DNA of 64,000 nt from an uncultured Bacilli bacterium. GTDB taxonomy: Bacteria > Bacillota_I > Bacilli_A > RF39 > UBA660. Position 1 is the stretch's first letter. Each line of letters opens with the position of its first letter. The DNA is taken from positions 100,960-164,959 of the forward strand of contig CAKOQD010000001.1 in assembly GCA_934101185.1 (NCBI GenBank), written 5' to 3'. The position numbers were made by a program, and so were the translations under genes. The notes under the pieces are model-generated. The model searched no databases. It was not told the origin of the DNA and saw nothing but the letters and a program-made list of their open reading frames with translations. Positions 1-10,360 of this stretch are shown piece after piece.

Positions 1-667
1 CAATACCACCAGTTGGAAAATCTGGACCCTTTACTATATCAAGCAAAGTCTCAATCCTACAATTAGGACTATCTATTCTCTTAATAGTAGCATCAATTAC
101 TTCACCTAAATTATGTGGTGGTATATTAGTAGCATAACCCGCACTTATACCAGTAGTACCATTAACAAGTAAATTAGGAAACTTTGCTGGAAGCACAGTA
201 GGCTCCATAATTGTATCATCAAAATTCGGAGCAAATAATACTGTATTTTTATCAATATCCTTTAAAAGTTCATTAGATATTTTAGAAAGACGAGCTTCAG
301 TATAACGGTATGCCGCAGGACTATCACCATCAATTGATCCATTATTACCATGCATATCAATATAAGGATTCTTCATCTTCCAATCTTGAGACATTCTAAC
401 CATTGCATCATATATAGAACTATCACCATGTGGATGGAAGGAACCTATTACATCCCCAACAGTCTTTGCACTCTTTCTATATGGTTTATCATATGTGTTT
501 TTACCAATATACATAGCATAAAGTATTCTTCTTTGTACAGGTTTTAAACCATCACGAACATCTGGAATAGCACGATCTTGAATAATATATTTAGAATATC
601 TACCAAAACGTTCTCCCATTATTTCTTCTAAAGAATAATCATATATTTTCTCAATTATATTTTTCAT
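1..667 (-). CDS. parC: DNA topoisomerase IV subunit A (ParC/GyrA family), 5' portion only; the gene continues beyond the window start
   Basis: Minus-strand ATG at 665-667 gives [52 protein letters not shown]...[19 protein letters not shown]. The VQRR form of the motif (GyrA usually has VHRR) favours ParC. There is no stop within the window. Confidence 0.75.
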   Translation of the reverse strand, partial: MKNIIEKIYDYSLEEIMGERFGRYSKYIIQDRAIPDVRDGLKPVQRRILYAMYIGKNTYDKPYRKSAKTVGDVIGSFHPHGDSSIYDAMVRMSQDWKMKNPYIDMHGNNGSIDGDSPAAYRYTEARLSKISNELLKDIDKNTVLFAPNFDDTIMEPTVLPAKFPNLLVNGTTGISAGYATNIPPHNLGEVIDATIKRIDSPNCRIETLLDIVKGPDFPTGGI

Positions 668-694
668 GTAATCACATCCATATATATTATAAAC

Positions 695-724
695 GAAAAA
701 AGGTCAACTTTACAAGAAGTTGAC
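695..724 (-). terminator. rho-independent terminator after the 313-aa gene, upstream of parC
   Basis: gtcaactt/aagttgac 8-bp stem (703-724) followed by a T-run on the minus strand. Confidence 0.5.
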
Positions 725-810
725 AAAGTATTTGACAAAAACCAAAAAAAGAAACAATTTATAAATTAGTGATCGCACACATTCACCACCTGTCGATAAT
801 CAATGTGTAA

Positions 811-1752
811 CTAACTGTTGTTTTTTTCTTCTTTTGCTTTAATATATTTATCTAATTCTTCTTTAGATACATTAATTTCTACTATTTCTAATAGATGATT
901 TTCTATGGCTGGTTCAAATCTATTTGACATTTTTTCTTTCATTATAGTAAATCTATCACTATTCATATTAAATAATATTTTTTCTAATTCTCCTTCAAAT
1001 TTAGGTAAAACTAAAACCAATTTACAAGGTATCTTAGTGAATTCCTTATATAATTCAAGAGTTCTTAACATGTAGTGAAGTTGATAAGAAAAATCTAACA
1101 TGAATGGTGTAATTTTAACTTCATAAAAGATATTTTCATTTAAATTCGATTTTAATGCGTCAAATCTTGCTTCATTCTTCATTATATTATTATCTACGAG
1201 CTTGTTGTTAATTAGCTTAATATCGTACTGAATGTCATAACTCGAAATATTGTTATCAGTGTCTAATGCTTTCTTTAACATGAATATTTCTAAATTACGT
1301 CTATATTTATAACGTTCTGATGCAAGCACTTTATAATCTTTATTAACAACTTTAGTCTCAAAATCTACTGATTCTAAATTATCAACATTTTTAGTAATAT
1401 CATCTATATTTGAGGAACTAATAGTACTAAAAGAATTTGGCAAAAATATATTTTGACTATTTGAATTCTTAATATTAGTAATTTGTTCCAATAATTTTAT
1501 ATTAGCATCTTTTAAATCTTCATTTTCTTTTTTTACTTCTTTCACGCTTTTAGACAAAGATATTACTTTCGGTATACTAAGATTATCAAACATCTCTGAC
1601 AACGCTAAGATAACTAATAAACTTAAACAAATTATTATCTCAAAGGTAATTTCATATTTAGTATTCGAAAATATAAAATTAACTATTATCAAGGCTGTAA
1701 TAAATATTATTAAAGCTATAATTATTTTTTTATTATTTTTACTGCTTTCCAT
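811..1752 (-). CDS. hypothetical membrane-anchored coiled-coil protein
   Basis: AGGAGAT RBS upstream. N-terminal TM helix (IIIALIIFITALIIV) followed by a K/E/N-rich coiled-coil. Starts 10 nt after the dinD-like stop, so probably co-transcribed. Confidence 0.5.
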   Translation of the reverse strand: MESSKNNKKIIIALIIFITALIIVNFIFSNTKYEITFEIIICLSLLVILALSEMFDNLSIPKVISLSKSVKEVKKENEDLKDANIKLLEQITNIKNSNSQNIFLPNSFSTISSSNIDDITKNVDNLESVDFETKVVNKDYKVLASERYKYRRNLEIFMLKKALDTDNNISSYDIQYDIKLINNKLVDNNIMKNEARFDALKSNLNENIFYEVKITPFMLDFSYQLHYMLRTLELYKEFTKIPCKLVLVLPKFEGELEKILFNMNSDRFTIMKEKMSNRFEPAIENHLLEIVEINVSKEELDKYIKAKEEKNNS

Positions 1753-1762
1753 ATAATATCTC

Positions 1763-2647
1763 CTATTTCATTTCAATTTCTTTTTCTTCAATATATTCGT
1801 AGTTTAATGCATTATTACTAGTAACTACGCTCTCACCAAGTTCATTTTCTAAATCTTTTCTTGCATTACCAGCAATTTTGCCACCTCGTCTTGCTACATC
1901 AATGTTTTCATTTAATCCTTTTGGATTTTTCTTTTTTGCTATTTCTCTAGTTGCTATTTCTCCTAAATCTGCTAATGCCACTTCTACATCAGTCATATTA
2001 TCTCTTAATGATTCTTTCCTAAGTCCTTTAAATGATTTATACTCTTTTGCAGTCATACCAGACCATTCTTTATAAATTTCATTTGTTAGAATTGCGTACT
2101 CTTTTGATTCAGTTATTCCTCCATCTTTCCATACATCAGTAAGTTGTTTTCTATCCTGAACACCTTTAATTCTTTTTGCAATCCATTTTTCATCATAACC
2201 TTTAGCTCTATATAAGTCTATTGCTCTTTGTGCTACTAATGAAGGATCAAACGTTTCATCTATTCTCTCACTTCCTAGTTTAGCAAGCCATTGTTTTATA
2301 GGCTCTGCATTCTTGCTAGGAACTGATTCAATAATTCTAAACATTCCTTCAATATCAACAACATCAGTCATACGATATTTTCCATCTTGTGCTTTTAATT
2401 TTAAAGCGTGACAATTTGTCACGGTTTCATTTCCTTCTTCTTTTAAACGTTGCTTAAGTTTTCTCCAATAGGCTTGCTTATCCTTACTTTCTGAAATAAC
2501 TCCAACAAAATCAACAACACTTATAAAATATTTTTCTTGTTCCTTATCCCAAACAGTTCTAATTGTTTCATTATTAAATATTTTATTTACTAAATGCATT
2601 TTATCTTGATTCATAAGATACCTCCTTTGCTGTATATATTGTATCAA
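1763..2647 (-). CDS. dinD: DNA-damage-inducible protein D-like (Bro-N domain protein)
   Basis: N-terminal Bro-N-like region (FNNETIRTV..KYFISVVDFVGVI..YWRKLKQRLKEEG). C-terminal RRGGKIAGNARKDLENELGESVVTSNNALNY resembles the E. coli DinD C-terminus. Confidence 0.55.
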   Translation of the reverse strand: MIQYIQQRRYLMNQDKMHLVNKIFNNETIRTVWDKEQEKYFISVVDFVGVISESKDKQAYWRKLKQRLKEEGNETVTNCHALKLKAQDGKYRMTDVVDIEGMFRIIESVPSKNAEPIKQWLAKLGSERIDETFDPSLVAQRAIDLYRAKGYDEKWIAKRIKGVQDRKQLTDVWKDGGITESKEYAILTNEIYKEWSGMTAKEYKSFKGLRKESLRDNMTDVEVALADLGEIATREIAKKKNPKGLNENIDVARRGGKIAGNARKDLENELGESVVTSNNALNYEYIEEKEIEMK

Positions 2648-2730
2648 ATATTTGTTCTTGTTTCAATATTTGTATAAGTAGTTTATCAATTATTTTTTGT
2701 CTTAAACTAAGCCATTAATAAAACCACTTT

Positions 2731-3981
2731 TTATAACTTAAGCACCTGTCCCACTGAAAGTGTATTACCAGAAAGTCCATTAAGACTCTTTATCCTATCA
2801 ACCGTAGTATTATTATCCCTAGCAATACCATACAAAGTATCACCTCTTTTAACAACATAAGTCTTTATATTCGCACTATCAGGAATAACAAGCTGTTGCC
2901 CTATAGAAAGAACACTACTACTAAGCTTATTCGCATTCTTTAACTCATCTACACTAATACCATATAAATTAGCAATCTTATACAAACTATCTCCCTTAAC
3001 AACAGTATAAACCTTAACACTTGCATTATTCTCACTAGAAAGTCCAGGTATCAAAAGCTCTTGCCCAATTGACAAACTATTACTACTAAGACTATTCAAC
3101 CTCTTAATATCCTCTACACTAACACCATAACTCTTAGCAATACCATACAAACTATCACCCTTTTTAACATAATAAACACTAGTATCACTTTTCTCTACAA
3201 TATCAGGAATTCTAAGAACCTGTCCAATAGAAAGAACATTACTAGTAAGTTTATTAAAAGTTTTTAAATCCTCAACCGAAACATCATAAAGCCTAGCAAT
3301 ACTATATAAACTATCACCCTTCTTAACCGTATAATAATCTCCCTTCGAAGTAGGAACATAATCATTCTTAGTATAAATAGCAATAGCTCTAACAACAGCC
3401 TCACCATAATCCTCATAATTATTAACAAACTTATTCAAATCATTACTATTATTAACACTAGCATAATTAATAATTACACTCTCACTATCACCAGTATTTC
3501 TAATTATATAATCACTATCAAACGCAGTATCCTCTTCCATTCTAAGTTGATAATACTTATTAATATCAATATCACTATTTTCAAACTGTTCTGCCAAAAT
3601 CTTAGCAAACCTATCACTATCTCTAAGAGCATAAATAATCTCAACCCCAGGAACCGAAGACGAAGACAACCCATTCGTAATAACAATAACATCATCACTA
3701 AAACCAAAACTACTATCTATAAAATCAATTCTCTCATCCAAACTAATATTATTATCACCAGTCCTAGTAATAACATTTTCTATTCCAAGCTCATCAAGTC
3801 TATTTTTTATATAATTAGAAACAAGTAAAGAAACATTCTTCTCAAGAACATTACCACTCTTAAGACCAGTATCACTACCTCCACCAACAGGATTAATTAC
3901 CACTTTATAATTCATAAAAATCACCAATAAATTATATGAAAAAATAAAAAAAATAGCACAAAGGCTATAAAACAATCTCAT
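2731..3981 (-). CDS. N-acetylmuramoyl-L-alanine amidase (Amidase_3) with four C-terminal LysM repeats
   Basis: N-terminal TM segment, amidase_3 core (VVINPVGGGSDTG..EKNVSLLVSNYIKNRL), and four repeats of YxVKKGDSLYxIAxxYxVSVEDxK..LSIGQxLxIP. Confidence 0.8.
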   Translation of the reverse strand: MRLFYSLCAIFFIFSYNLLVIFMNYKVVINPVGGGSDTGLKSGNVLEKNVSLLVSNYIKNRLDELGIENVITRTGDNNISLDERIDFIDSSFGFSDDVIVITNGLSSSSVPGVEIIYALRDSDRFAKILAEQFENSDIDINKYYQLRMEEDTAFDSDYIIRNTGDSESVIINYASVNNSNDLNKFVNNYEDYGEAVVRAIAIYTKNDYVPTSKGDYYTVKKGDSLYSIARLYDVSVEDLKTFNKLTSNVLSIGQVLRIPDIVEKSDTSVYYVKKGDSLYGIAKSYGVSVEDIKRLNSLSSNSLSIGQELLIPGLSSENNASVKVYTVVKGDSLYKIANLYGISVDELKNANKLSSSVLSIGQQLVIPDSANIKTYVVKRGDTLYGIARDNNTTVDRIKSLNGLSGNTLSVGQVLKL

Positions 3982-4474
3982 CTATACTCATTCTAGGTCT
4001 AGCATGAACATCTTGATTCTTATATCCAATCGCAACACAAGAGACCATATCCATATCAACTCCAAAATAATCTTTAATTTCATCGTTTACTTTATCAGTA
4101 TTAGCAATCCATAAACTACCAAGTCCCATTTCAGTAGCCTTCAAACACATATTCTCAACAAAAGCACCAATCGATAAAATATCATTCTTATCATAAGAAG
4201 TAGCAAACACTAAAATAAGTTTATTAGCTTCTCTAATAACATTCGCAGTATTTAAAACACTAATATCATCATCACTTTTTTTACTCTCTAAAAAACTTGC
4301 AACCATATCCTTATTCTCTGAAGAAACAACCTTAACCCTCCATGGTTGCCTATTTTTAGCAGAAGGAGCCTTTATACCACATTTAATTATCTCAAAAACA
4401 TCAGACAAACTTACAATATCATCCGTAAACTTTCTAATACTCCTTCTAGAACTAACTACTAAATCAAAATCCAT
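3965..4474 (-). CDS. nitroreductase family protein
   Basis: VVSSRRSIRKFTD....KAPSAKNRQPWRVKVV matches the nitroreductase N-terminal motif. Start refined to MDFDLVV. Confidence 0.7.
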   Translation of the reverse strand: MDFDLVVSSRRSIRKFTDDIVSLSDVFEIIKCGIKAPSAKNRQPWRVKVVSSENKDMVASFLESKKSDDDISVLNTANVIREANKLILVFATSYDKNDILSIGAFVENMCLKATEMGLGSLWIANTDKVNDEIKDYFGVDMDMVSCVAIGYKNQDVHARPRMSIDEIVL

Positions 4475-4481
4475 CACTAAA

Positions 4482-5081
4482 TCACCTCTTCTTAGTATAA
4501 ACCCTATCTTCCATAACTTGTTCAATAACCATTCTAAGCTTAACCAAATCAGAAAGACTCATCATATCAACATCATTCATATCAAGATATAACTTACCAT
4601 TACAATCCCTAAAAGAATCAAGCCCATCAAATAACTCGTTAACATCAGAATCATTAATATGCTTATTAATAAAATCAATATTATTAACATAATACTTATC
4701 CTTTAAACACTCCCTACTCATTACACTTCTAGATACAATACAGTACATATCAGTATCAAGAGCACTAACACAAAGACCAAAAAAGATCATATTAAACAAA
4801 GTACTATCACTAAATACCTCTAAAGATGAATGAAATGCATGTGAAAAATAAGGAAGTAAAAAAGTAGCTAAAATAGTCTCACCAACTCTCTTCTTAGTAA
4901 AACCAGCATTAACACATGCTTGTCCATTCATAACATTTCTAATTTTAACCAAATTATCAAGAGTATCATCAAGTAAATATTCACCATTCGAAGTATAAAA
5001 TCTTATCTTACCATTTTCTCTCTCATAAAACTTTACAAAACTTTTCTTATTATCTTTGTCTCCATTACTACAATCAATCAT
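4482..5081 (-). CDS. hypothetical protein, paralog of the 5138-5626 gene
   Basis: Intact ORF. Shares a C-terminal KDKYYVNNIDF...MSLSDLVKLR motif with the next gene. Confidence 0.45.
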   Translation of the reverse strand: MIDCSNGDKDNKKSFVKFYERENGKIRFYTSNGEYLLDDTLDNLVKIRNVMNGQACVNAGFTKKRVGETILATFLLPYFSHAFHSSLEVFSDSTLFNMIFFGLCVSALDTDMYCIVSRSVMSRECLKDKYYVNNIDFINKHINDSDVNELFDGLDSFRDCNGKLYLDMNDVDMMSLSDLVKLRMVIEQVMEDRVYTKKR

Positions 5082-5137
5082 ACTATCCCCTCAACTACAT
5101 TATATACCTCAAATAAAAATCATACAAGAACTATCAA

Positions 5138-5626
5138 CTATTTTTCCTTCCTCAAGCACTTCAAATCACTAAGACTATAATCATCAAGTAAATTAACATC
5201 AAACTCCACTACACCATCTATATTATTCAAAAAATACTCATCCTTAATAATTTCACTTAATAAAACATCATTCTTAATAAAAGAATACAAATCATACAAA
5301 GTAATTCCACACACACTAAAAAAACAAAAACCATTCTCCAAACTAAAATCATTAACAAAAGACTCAAACTCCATAAAAGAAACCAAAACAAATACATAAA
5401 AACTAACTAATAAAACATACTTATCCCTAAACCTCATCTTCTTAAACATAACATTCTCCATTAATTGCTTCTTCATTTTTATAATAATCTTTCTCTCTAA
5501 CGTAACATCATATAAAAAATTATCAATCCTTCCATCTTTATAATAAACAAAAATCTCATCATCAATAACCTTATACTTAATAATAAAATCATCATCAATA
5601 TATCTGCAATCCTTCACTATAATCAC
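5138..5626 (-). CDS. hypothetical protein with a central TM segment, paralog of the 4482-5081 gene
   Basis: C-terminal KDEYFLNNIDG...YSLSDLKCLR matches the neighbouring gene. Hydrophobic core YVLLVSFYVFVLVSF. Confidence 0.4.
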   Translation of the reverse strand: MIIVKDCRYIDDDFIIKYKVIDDEIFVYYKDGRIDNFLYDVTLERKIIIKMKKQLMENVMFKKMRFRDKYVLLVSFYVFVLVSFMEFESFVNDFSLENGFCFFSVCGITLYDLYSFIKNDVLLSEIIKDEYFLNNIDGVVEFDVNLLDDYSLSDLKCLRKEK

Positions 5627-5692
5627 CTACTAATTATATTGCAATAAATAAAAAAATATGCTATAATATGAAAACAAAAAAGGAGTGATAAA

Positions 5693-6226
5693 ATGGGATA
5701 CCCATGGCAATGTTCTGACTGTATATGGTTAGATATGAAAGACTCTTCATGGAGAGGTTTTAGATGCACTAAAAAAGGAATATATGTAAACCCAGAAGAA
5801 AGAAGTTGTAATAATCATTTTGAAAAGAAAAATGAAAGCTCTAGCACTTGTTATTTAACTACCGCTATGTGTGAAATACTAAATGAAAAAGATGACTGCT
5901 ACATCCTAGAAACACTAAGATCTTTCAGAGACAACATAATGAAAAATGATGAAAACTGCATCCCTTTACTTGAAGAATACGACGTAATCGGACCACAAAT
6001 ATGTAAAAAACTATACCAAGATGAGCAAAAAGAAGTTATTGCAAGAAGTATGTTATATTTAAGAATATATCCTGCGATTAATGCTATAAAAAATGAAAAA
6101 TATGATGATGCTATAGAAATATATAAAGATATGACTGAATTACTAAAAGAAAAATACAACGTAAAATATGAATGCACTAAAACTACAACACAAAATAAAA
6201 CTAAAAAACTAAATCTACAATACTAA
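5693..6226 (+). CDS. Cys-rich (zinc-ribbon-like) hypothetical protein
   Basis: AGGAGTG RBS. N-terminal CSDC-x14-C-x13-C plus further Cys residues (STCY, AMCE, DDCY, ENCI). Confidence 0.5.
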   Translation: MGYPWQCSDCIWLDMKDSSWRGFRCTKKGIYVNPEERSCNNHFEKKNESSSTCYLTTAMCEILNEKDDCYILETLRSFRDNIMKNDENCIPLLEEYDVIGPQICKKLYQDEQKEVIARSMLYLRIYPAINAIKNEKYDDAIEIYKDMTELLKEKYNVKYECTKTTTQNKTKKLNLQY

Positions 6227-6256
6227 AAAGAAACCACATTAGGTTTCTTTTTTTAT
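6227..6256. terminator. bidirectional rho-independent terminator between convergent genes
   Basis: aaagaaacc/ggtttcttt 9-bp stem flanked by T-runs on both strands. Confidence 0.6.
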
Positions 6257-8541
6257 TCACTTCTAAGAGCAACAACAGGATCCTTACTTCTAGCAACTTT
6301 CGCAGGAATAAATCCTCCTATTAAAGTAAGAACTACACTAACACTAATAAGTATAATAGCATGACTAACACTAAGACTTGCAACACCTTTCAAATCAGAT
6401 AACTTATATATAATATTATTAACAGGAATAGTAAGCAAAACCGCAATACCTATTCCAATAAGACCACTAGTAATACCAATAATAAATGTTTCTGAATTAA
6501 ACACCCTAGTTATATCCTTCTTTCTAGCACCAAGTGCACGAAGTATCCCAATCTCTTTAGTACGCTCTAAAACACTGATATAAGTAATAATACCAATCAT
6601 TATACTAGAAACAACTAAAGAAATAGAACTAAATGCAACAAGAACAATCGTAATAGCATCCATTATATTACCAGAAAGTAAACTAATCATCTTAGCCATA
6701 TCAGTATATAAAATCTTATCATCATCACTCTTACCATCATTATATTTATCCAAATAAGATAAAATCTTTTCTTTAGAACCAAAATCTTTTGGATAAAGCA
6801 TTATATAATTAGGAACACTATCATCACCTAAATATCCAAGAACACTTTCCTTAGTTACACTATCATCAAACTTTTGATAAGTCAAAACATTATAATCACT
6901 ATTCTTTTGATCATTAACTATCTTAGAATCTTTATTAACATCAATTATCTTATTAACAAGTGATGAAGTATATAAAACACCACTACTAACAGACAACATC
7001 TCTTTATCTTTTTTACAACGAATAATAGCTTGAATCTTAATACTCATACTACTCTTATCATTATACATATTTTCATAATCAGTACCCATCATATAATAAC
7101 CATTATTAAATTGATAAAACGAATCATTAAAAATAACCTTAAATTCTTTAGACAATAAATCATCAAAACTAACATCCTTAGAAACATCAAAACCGAGAGA
7201 TTTCAAAACATTCTTATCAACTTGATTATATTTATCTACAACAAGAATAAGTCCAGGAACACTTGTATTAATCTTACCCATAACTACATCATAATTACTT
7301 TCTACAACACCAACACTATCATTAGGATTATCAGGAAACACATTCCAAGAATAATTATCATTACCTAAATTAGCACTCTTTATATATTGATAATTATCTC
7401 CATCAAAAGTAATAACATTTATACTTGTACTTCTAAGATATGAAATACCTCCAAGTAAAGACTTATCAATATCAGAAACATATGAAACATAAGAAGAAGT
7501 AATTTTATTAACATGAGTAGCTTTTTCTAAAACATCATCCTTTGGCACTATAAACTTTTCACTTGTATATTCATGATACTTAGTATCAGAAGAAGACTTC
7601 ATAACATCAGACATTTCTATAGCCTGTTCACTTATAGTAATAGGCATTTGTGATAAAGACTCCCTTTCAAACTCATCAACTTTACCCTGAAATCCATTAG
7701 ATAAAGACAAAATAAGAGCAATACCAATTATACCAATCGAAGAAGCAAAACAAGTAAGTAAAGTTCTACCCTTTTTAGTAATTATATTAGTAAAAGAAAG
7801 CTTTAAAGCAGTCAAAAATGACATCGAAGTCTTTCTAAAACTATAACTACTAGAATCTTCTTCATCATAAGGATTAGAATCATCAACGATCTTTCCATCC
7901 TTTAAACTAATAATTCTACTTGAGTACTCCCTAGCAAGTTCACTATTATGAGTAACCATAATAACAAGCTTATCCTTAGATATTTCTTTAATTAAATCCA
8001 TAATTTGAACACTAGTAACAGAATCAAGTGCTCCAGTAGGTTCATCTGCCAAAATAATATCAGGATCATTCACCAAAGCACGAGCAATCGCAACCCTTTG
8101 CATTTGCCCACCAGATAACTGATTAGGCTTTTTATTAGCATGATCCAAAAGACCCACTCTAGAAAGAGCATCCATTGCCTTCTTCTTTCTTTCTCTTCTA
8201 GAAACACCAGAAAGAGTCATTCCAAGTTCTACATTACTTAAAACACTAATATGAGGAATCAAATTATAACTTTGAAAAATAAAGCCTACAGAATTATTCC
8301 TATAACTATCCCAATCTCTATCTCTAAACCTTCTAGTAGACTTACCATTTATAATCAAGTCCCCACTGTCGTACTTATCTAAACCACCAATTATATTTAA
8401 AAAAGTTGTCTTGCCACTTCCAGAAGGACCAAGAATACTAACAAACTCACTACTTCTAAATTTTACACTAACATCATCTAAAGCCTTTTGAACAAAATCC
8501 CCAGTTTTATAACTCTTAACTATATGCTTAACCTCTAACAT
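6253..8541 (-). CDS. fused ABC transporter ATP-binding/permease protein (MacB/FtsX-like)
   Basis: Walker [10 protein letters not shown], signature [15 protein letters not shown], Walker [12 protein letters not shown]. Large extracytoplasmic domain and C-terminal FtsX-like 4-TM permease. Start refined to MLEVKHIV behind GGAGGA. Confidence 0.85.
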   Translation of the reverse strand: MLEVKHIVKSYKTGDFVQKALDDVSVKFRSSEFVSILGPSGSGKTTFLNIIGGLDKYDSGDLIINGKSTRRFRDRDWDSYRNNSVGFIFQSYNLIPHISVLSNVELGMTLSGVSRRERKKKAMDALSRVGLLDHANKKPNQLSGGQMQRVAIARALVNDPDIILADEPTGALDSVTSVQIMDLIKEISKDKLVIMVTHNSELAREYSSRIISLKDGKIVDDSNPYDEEDSSSYSFRKTSMSFLTALKLSFTNIITKKGRTLLTCFASSIGIIGIALILSLSNGFQGKVDEFERESLSQMPITISEQAIEMSDVMKSSSDTKYHEYTSEKFIVPKDDVLEKATHVNKITSSYVSYVSDIDKSLLGGISYLRSTSINVITFDGDNYQYIKSANLGNDNYSWNVFPDNPNDSVGVVESNYDVVMGKINTSVPGLILVVDKYNQVDKNVLKSLGFDVSKDVSFDDLLSKEFKVIFNDSFYQFNNGYYMMGTDYENMYNDKSSMSIKIQAIIRCKKDKEMLSVSSGVLYTSSLVNKIIDVNKDSKIVNDQKNSDYNVLTYQKFDDSVTKESVLGYLGDDSVPNYIMLYPKDFGSKEKILSYLDKYNDGKSDDDKILYTDMAKMISLLSGNIMDAITIVLVAFSSISLVVSSIMIGIITYISVLERTKEIGILRALGARKKDITRVFNSETFIIGITSGLIGIGIAVLLTIPVNNIIYKLSDLKGVASLSVSHAIILISVSVVLTLIGGFIPAKVARSKDPVVALRSE

Positions 8542-8796
8542 AATTCCTCCCATCAACCACTACTCATTAAAAAACAATTTAATAATATAATTAAATGAAA
8601 AGAGAGTGATATCATCAAAAAAATATTATACGTAATTATTATATTAATTACATCAATTCTTATTCCGTTAAACATAAATGCTGAAACCACACAAGAAGTA
8701 ATACATCAAGAAAAAAAAGACACAGTAGAAATAACACTAACTGGTACAATAATTTTAATAAGTATTTTATACATTTATAAGAAGAAAAAAATAAAA

Positions 8797-9114
8797 CTAT
8801 AACTTCTTTCCACTAAAGAAATACTTAATTAAATAGAATAAAAACATAGTAAGAATACCAATAATTACCCAACATAAAACAGTATATAGTATTCCATTAG
8901 TATGACTATAAAGTATAGAAAAAATAGAACTAGGTATATAATGATTAATAAAAGCATTTAACTCGGAAATACCAAGTCTGTCTCCAATACCATGAATAAG
9001 TCTAAAAAATACTTCAAGAATACCAATTAAATAAACTAAACGTTTTGTATCTTGGAAAACAATTGCAACCACTATAACAAGTATAACCAAAAATAACAAA
9101 TCCATTTTACTCAC
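8797..9114 (-). CDS. hypothetical small membrane protein
   Basis: 105 aa with three predicted TM helices. Confidence 0.4.
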   Translation of the reverse strand: MSKMDLLFLVILVIVVAIVFQDTKRLVYLIGILEVFFRLIHGIGDRLGISELNAFINHYIPSSIFSILYSHTNGILYTVLCWVIIGILTMFLFYLIKYFFSGKKL

Positions 9115-9173
9115 CTACCATAAAAATTATAACATAATATTAATAAATTGCAAAATTATTTATAAAATTAAGT

Positions 9174-9482
9174 ATGAAAAGTGCCAATGATGCAAAACTA
9201 TGGACAACTATTTGTTTTATAATAGCAATAGCTATTACAGACGATCTAACAGCAAACGAACAAAACGCTATCGGAAACTGGTTCGTTCTTTTAGGCCAAG
9301 TCCTATGTACAACCGGAGCACTTCAACAAGAAATAGAAGAAAAATTAAAAGGAGTAACAATAAATATTAATTCCAAACAAGCAAAACAAAATAATAGCCC
9401 CTTTACTGAAAACTATATTGACATTGAAACATTAAAAAGAACAATTCAAAAAGTCGAAGAACAACTCAATAATTTAGAATAA
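9174..9482 (+). CDS. hypothetical protein
   Basis: 102-aa ORF followed by a strong GC-rich terminator. Confidence 0.45.
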   Translation: MKSANDAKLWTTICFIIAIAITDDLTANEQNAIGNWFVLLGQVLCTTGALQQEIEEKLKGVTININSKQAKQNNSPFTENYIDIETLKRTIQKVEEQLNNLE

Positions 9483-9526
9483 TTGATTTGAAATATACCA
9501 AATATAATGTTATAATACAAATCAAG

Positions 9527-9570
9527 AAGGAGTAGTCCCACCGTTAATCGGAGGGGGGTGCTCCTTTTTA
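9527..9570 (+). terminator. rho-independent terminator (GC-rich hairpin plus T-run)
   Basis: aaggag..cccaccg-ttaat-cggaggggggtgctcctt followed by ttttt. Confidence 0.6.
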
Positions 9571-9618
9571 TTATTACATTTTGACACATTATCATTTTTT
9601 ATGATAAAATAACGATGA

Positions 9619-9665
9619 AAAATGTGATCGTACTGAATTACCAGTGCGGTCACATTTTTCTTTTG
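9619..9665. terminator. hairpin with T-runs on both strands; probable TspO-side terminator, or a small structured RNA
   Basis: aaatgtgatcg / cggtcacattt 11-bp stem (one G-U pair) with a 16-nt loop. Confidence 0.4.
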
Positions 9666-9708
9666 TAAATAAAAAAGAACTCTGTCAAAAAAACAAAGTT
9701 CACAAACA

Positions 9709-10158
9709 TTAATTAAGTAAATAAACACCTAAAGTCAAATAACTAGCAAAAAGTATCCATAAAAGATATGGTATTTGTAAATAAGAAGCCATCTTATTAA
9801 TCTTATAAAATTTAATTATCATATAAATAACAAGAGCATCAAGAATTAAAATCCATACAAATGAAACTAAATAAAACTTAAATACAAAAAATATTATAGA
9901 CCACATCAAATTAACAAAAAGTTGCAGTTTATAAACTCCCAATGCCTCACTATCAATACCATCATCTCTATAAATAAGATAACTAGAAATACCCATTAAC
10001 ACATAAAGAATAGTCCACGCTACAGGAAACAACCAATCTGGTGGAGAAAGCACTGGTTTTACGATAATATCATAACTATCAGTATTAATAATTAAACCAA
10101 TAATACTTCCTAACAAAACAGGTATTAAGATACTTATAAAAAGTTTTTTATAATTCAT
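9709..10158 (-). CDS. tspO: TspO/MBR family tryptophan-rich sensory protein
   Basis: PPDWLFPVAWTILYVLMGISSYLIY motif and five TM helices. Start refined to MNYKKLF. Confidence 0.7.
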   Translation of the reverse strand: MNYKKLFISILIPVLLGSIIGLIINTDSYDIIVKPVLSPPDWLFPVAWTILYVLMGISSYLIYRDDGIDSEALGVYKLQLFVNLMWSIIFFVFKFYLVSFVWILILDALVIYMIIKFYKINKMASYLQIPYLLWILFASYLTLGVYLLN

Positions 10159-10360
10159 AAAATCACCATTACTAGTATACGAAAAAAAAGAAGAAATATT
10201 ATTATTTCCTCTTAACGATAGAATATTCAATAAAATATATAAAAAGAACCTTATTAAAATAATTACTTACATCATAAAATAAAACATCATTTTTCAATAT
10301 CTTTTTAAAACATCCATTTAATAACTAAAATCAAAAACATACATATCATTAAAGTTATAA

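Noticed and set aside
1878-2075. Small plus-strand ORFs antisense to dinD-like, FemAB, the thioredoxin-like gene, glmS and others (for example 1878-2075, 12313-12555, 15348-15533, 22286-22519, 24519-24716)
   Set aside because: Antisense to conserved CDS, low complexity, and no RBS.
2648-2730. Possible LexA/SOS box upstream of dinD-like (and at 60918-60980 upstream of dinB)
   Set aside because: Only partial GAAC/GTTC-like half-sites (for example GAACAAATATTTGA, GAATGAATGTTT). There is no convincing palindrome, so I cannot claim SOS regulation.
3504-3828. ORFs 3504-3707 (-) and 3547-3828 (+) inside the amidase gene
   Set aside because: These are alternative frames of the LysM repeat region and are low complexity.
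9522-9728. Minus-strand 68-aa ORF
   Set aside because: It is made of the terminator hairpins (HPPPINGGTTPS comes from the GC-rich stem); it is non-coding.
10159-10230. N-terminal extensions reported by the ORF track (TspO, truA, mscL, rplD, rplF, spo0A, ABC transporter, DUF421, rSAM, sigma paralog, AAA ATPase, dinB)
   Set aside because: The track counts TTG/GTG as Met. In each case an internal ATG with a properly spaced GGAGG-type RBS and a conserved family N-terminus is the better start.
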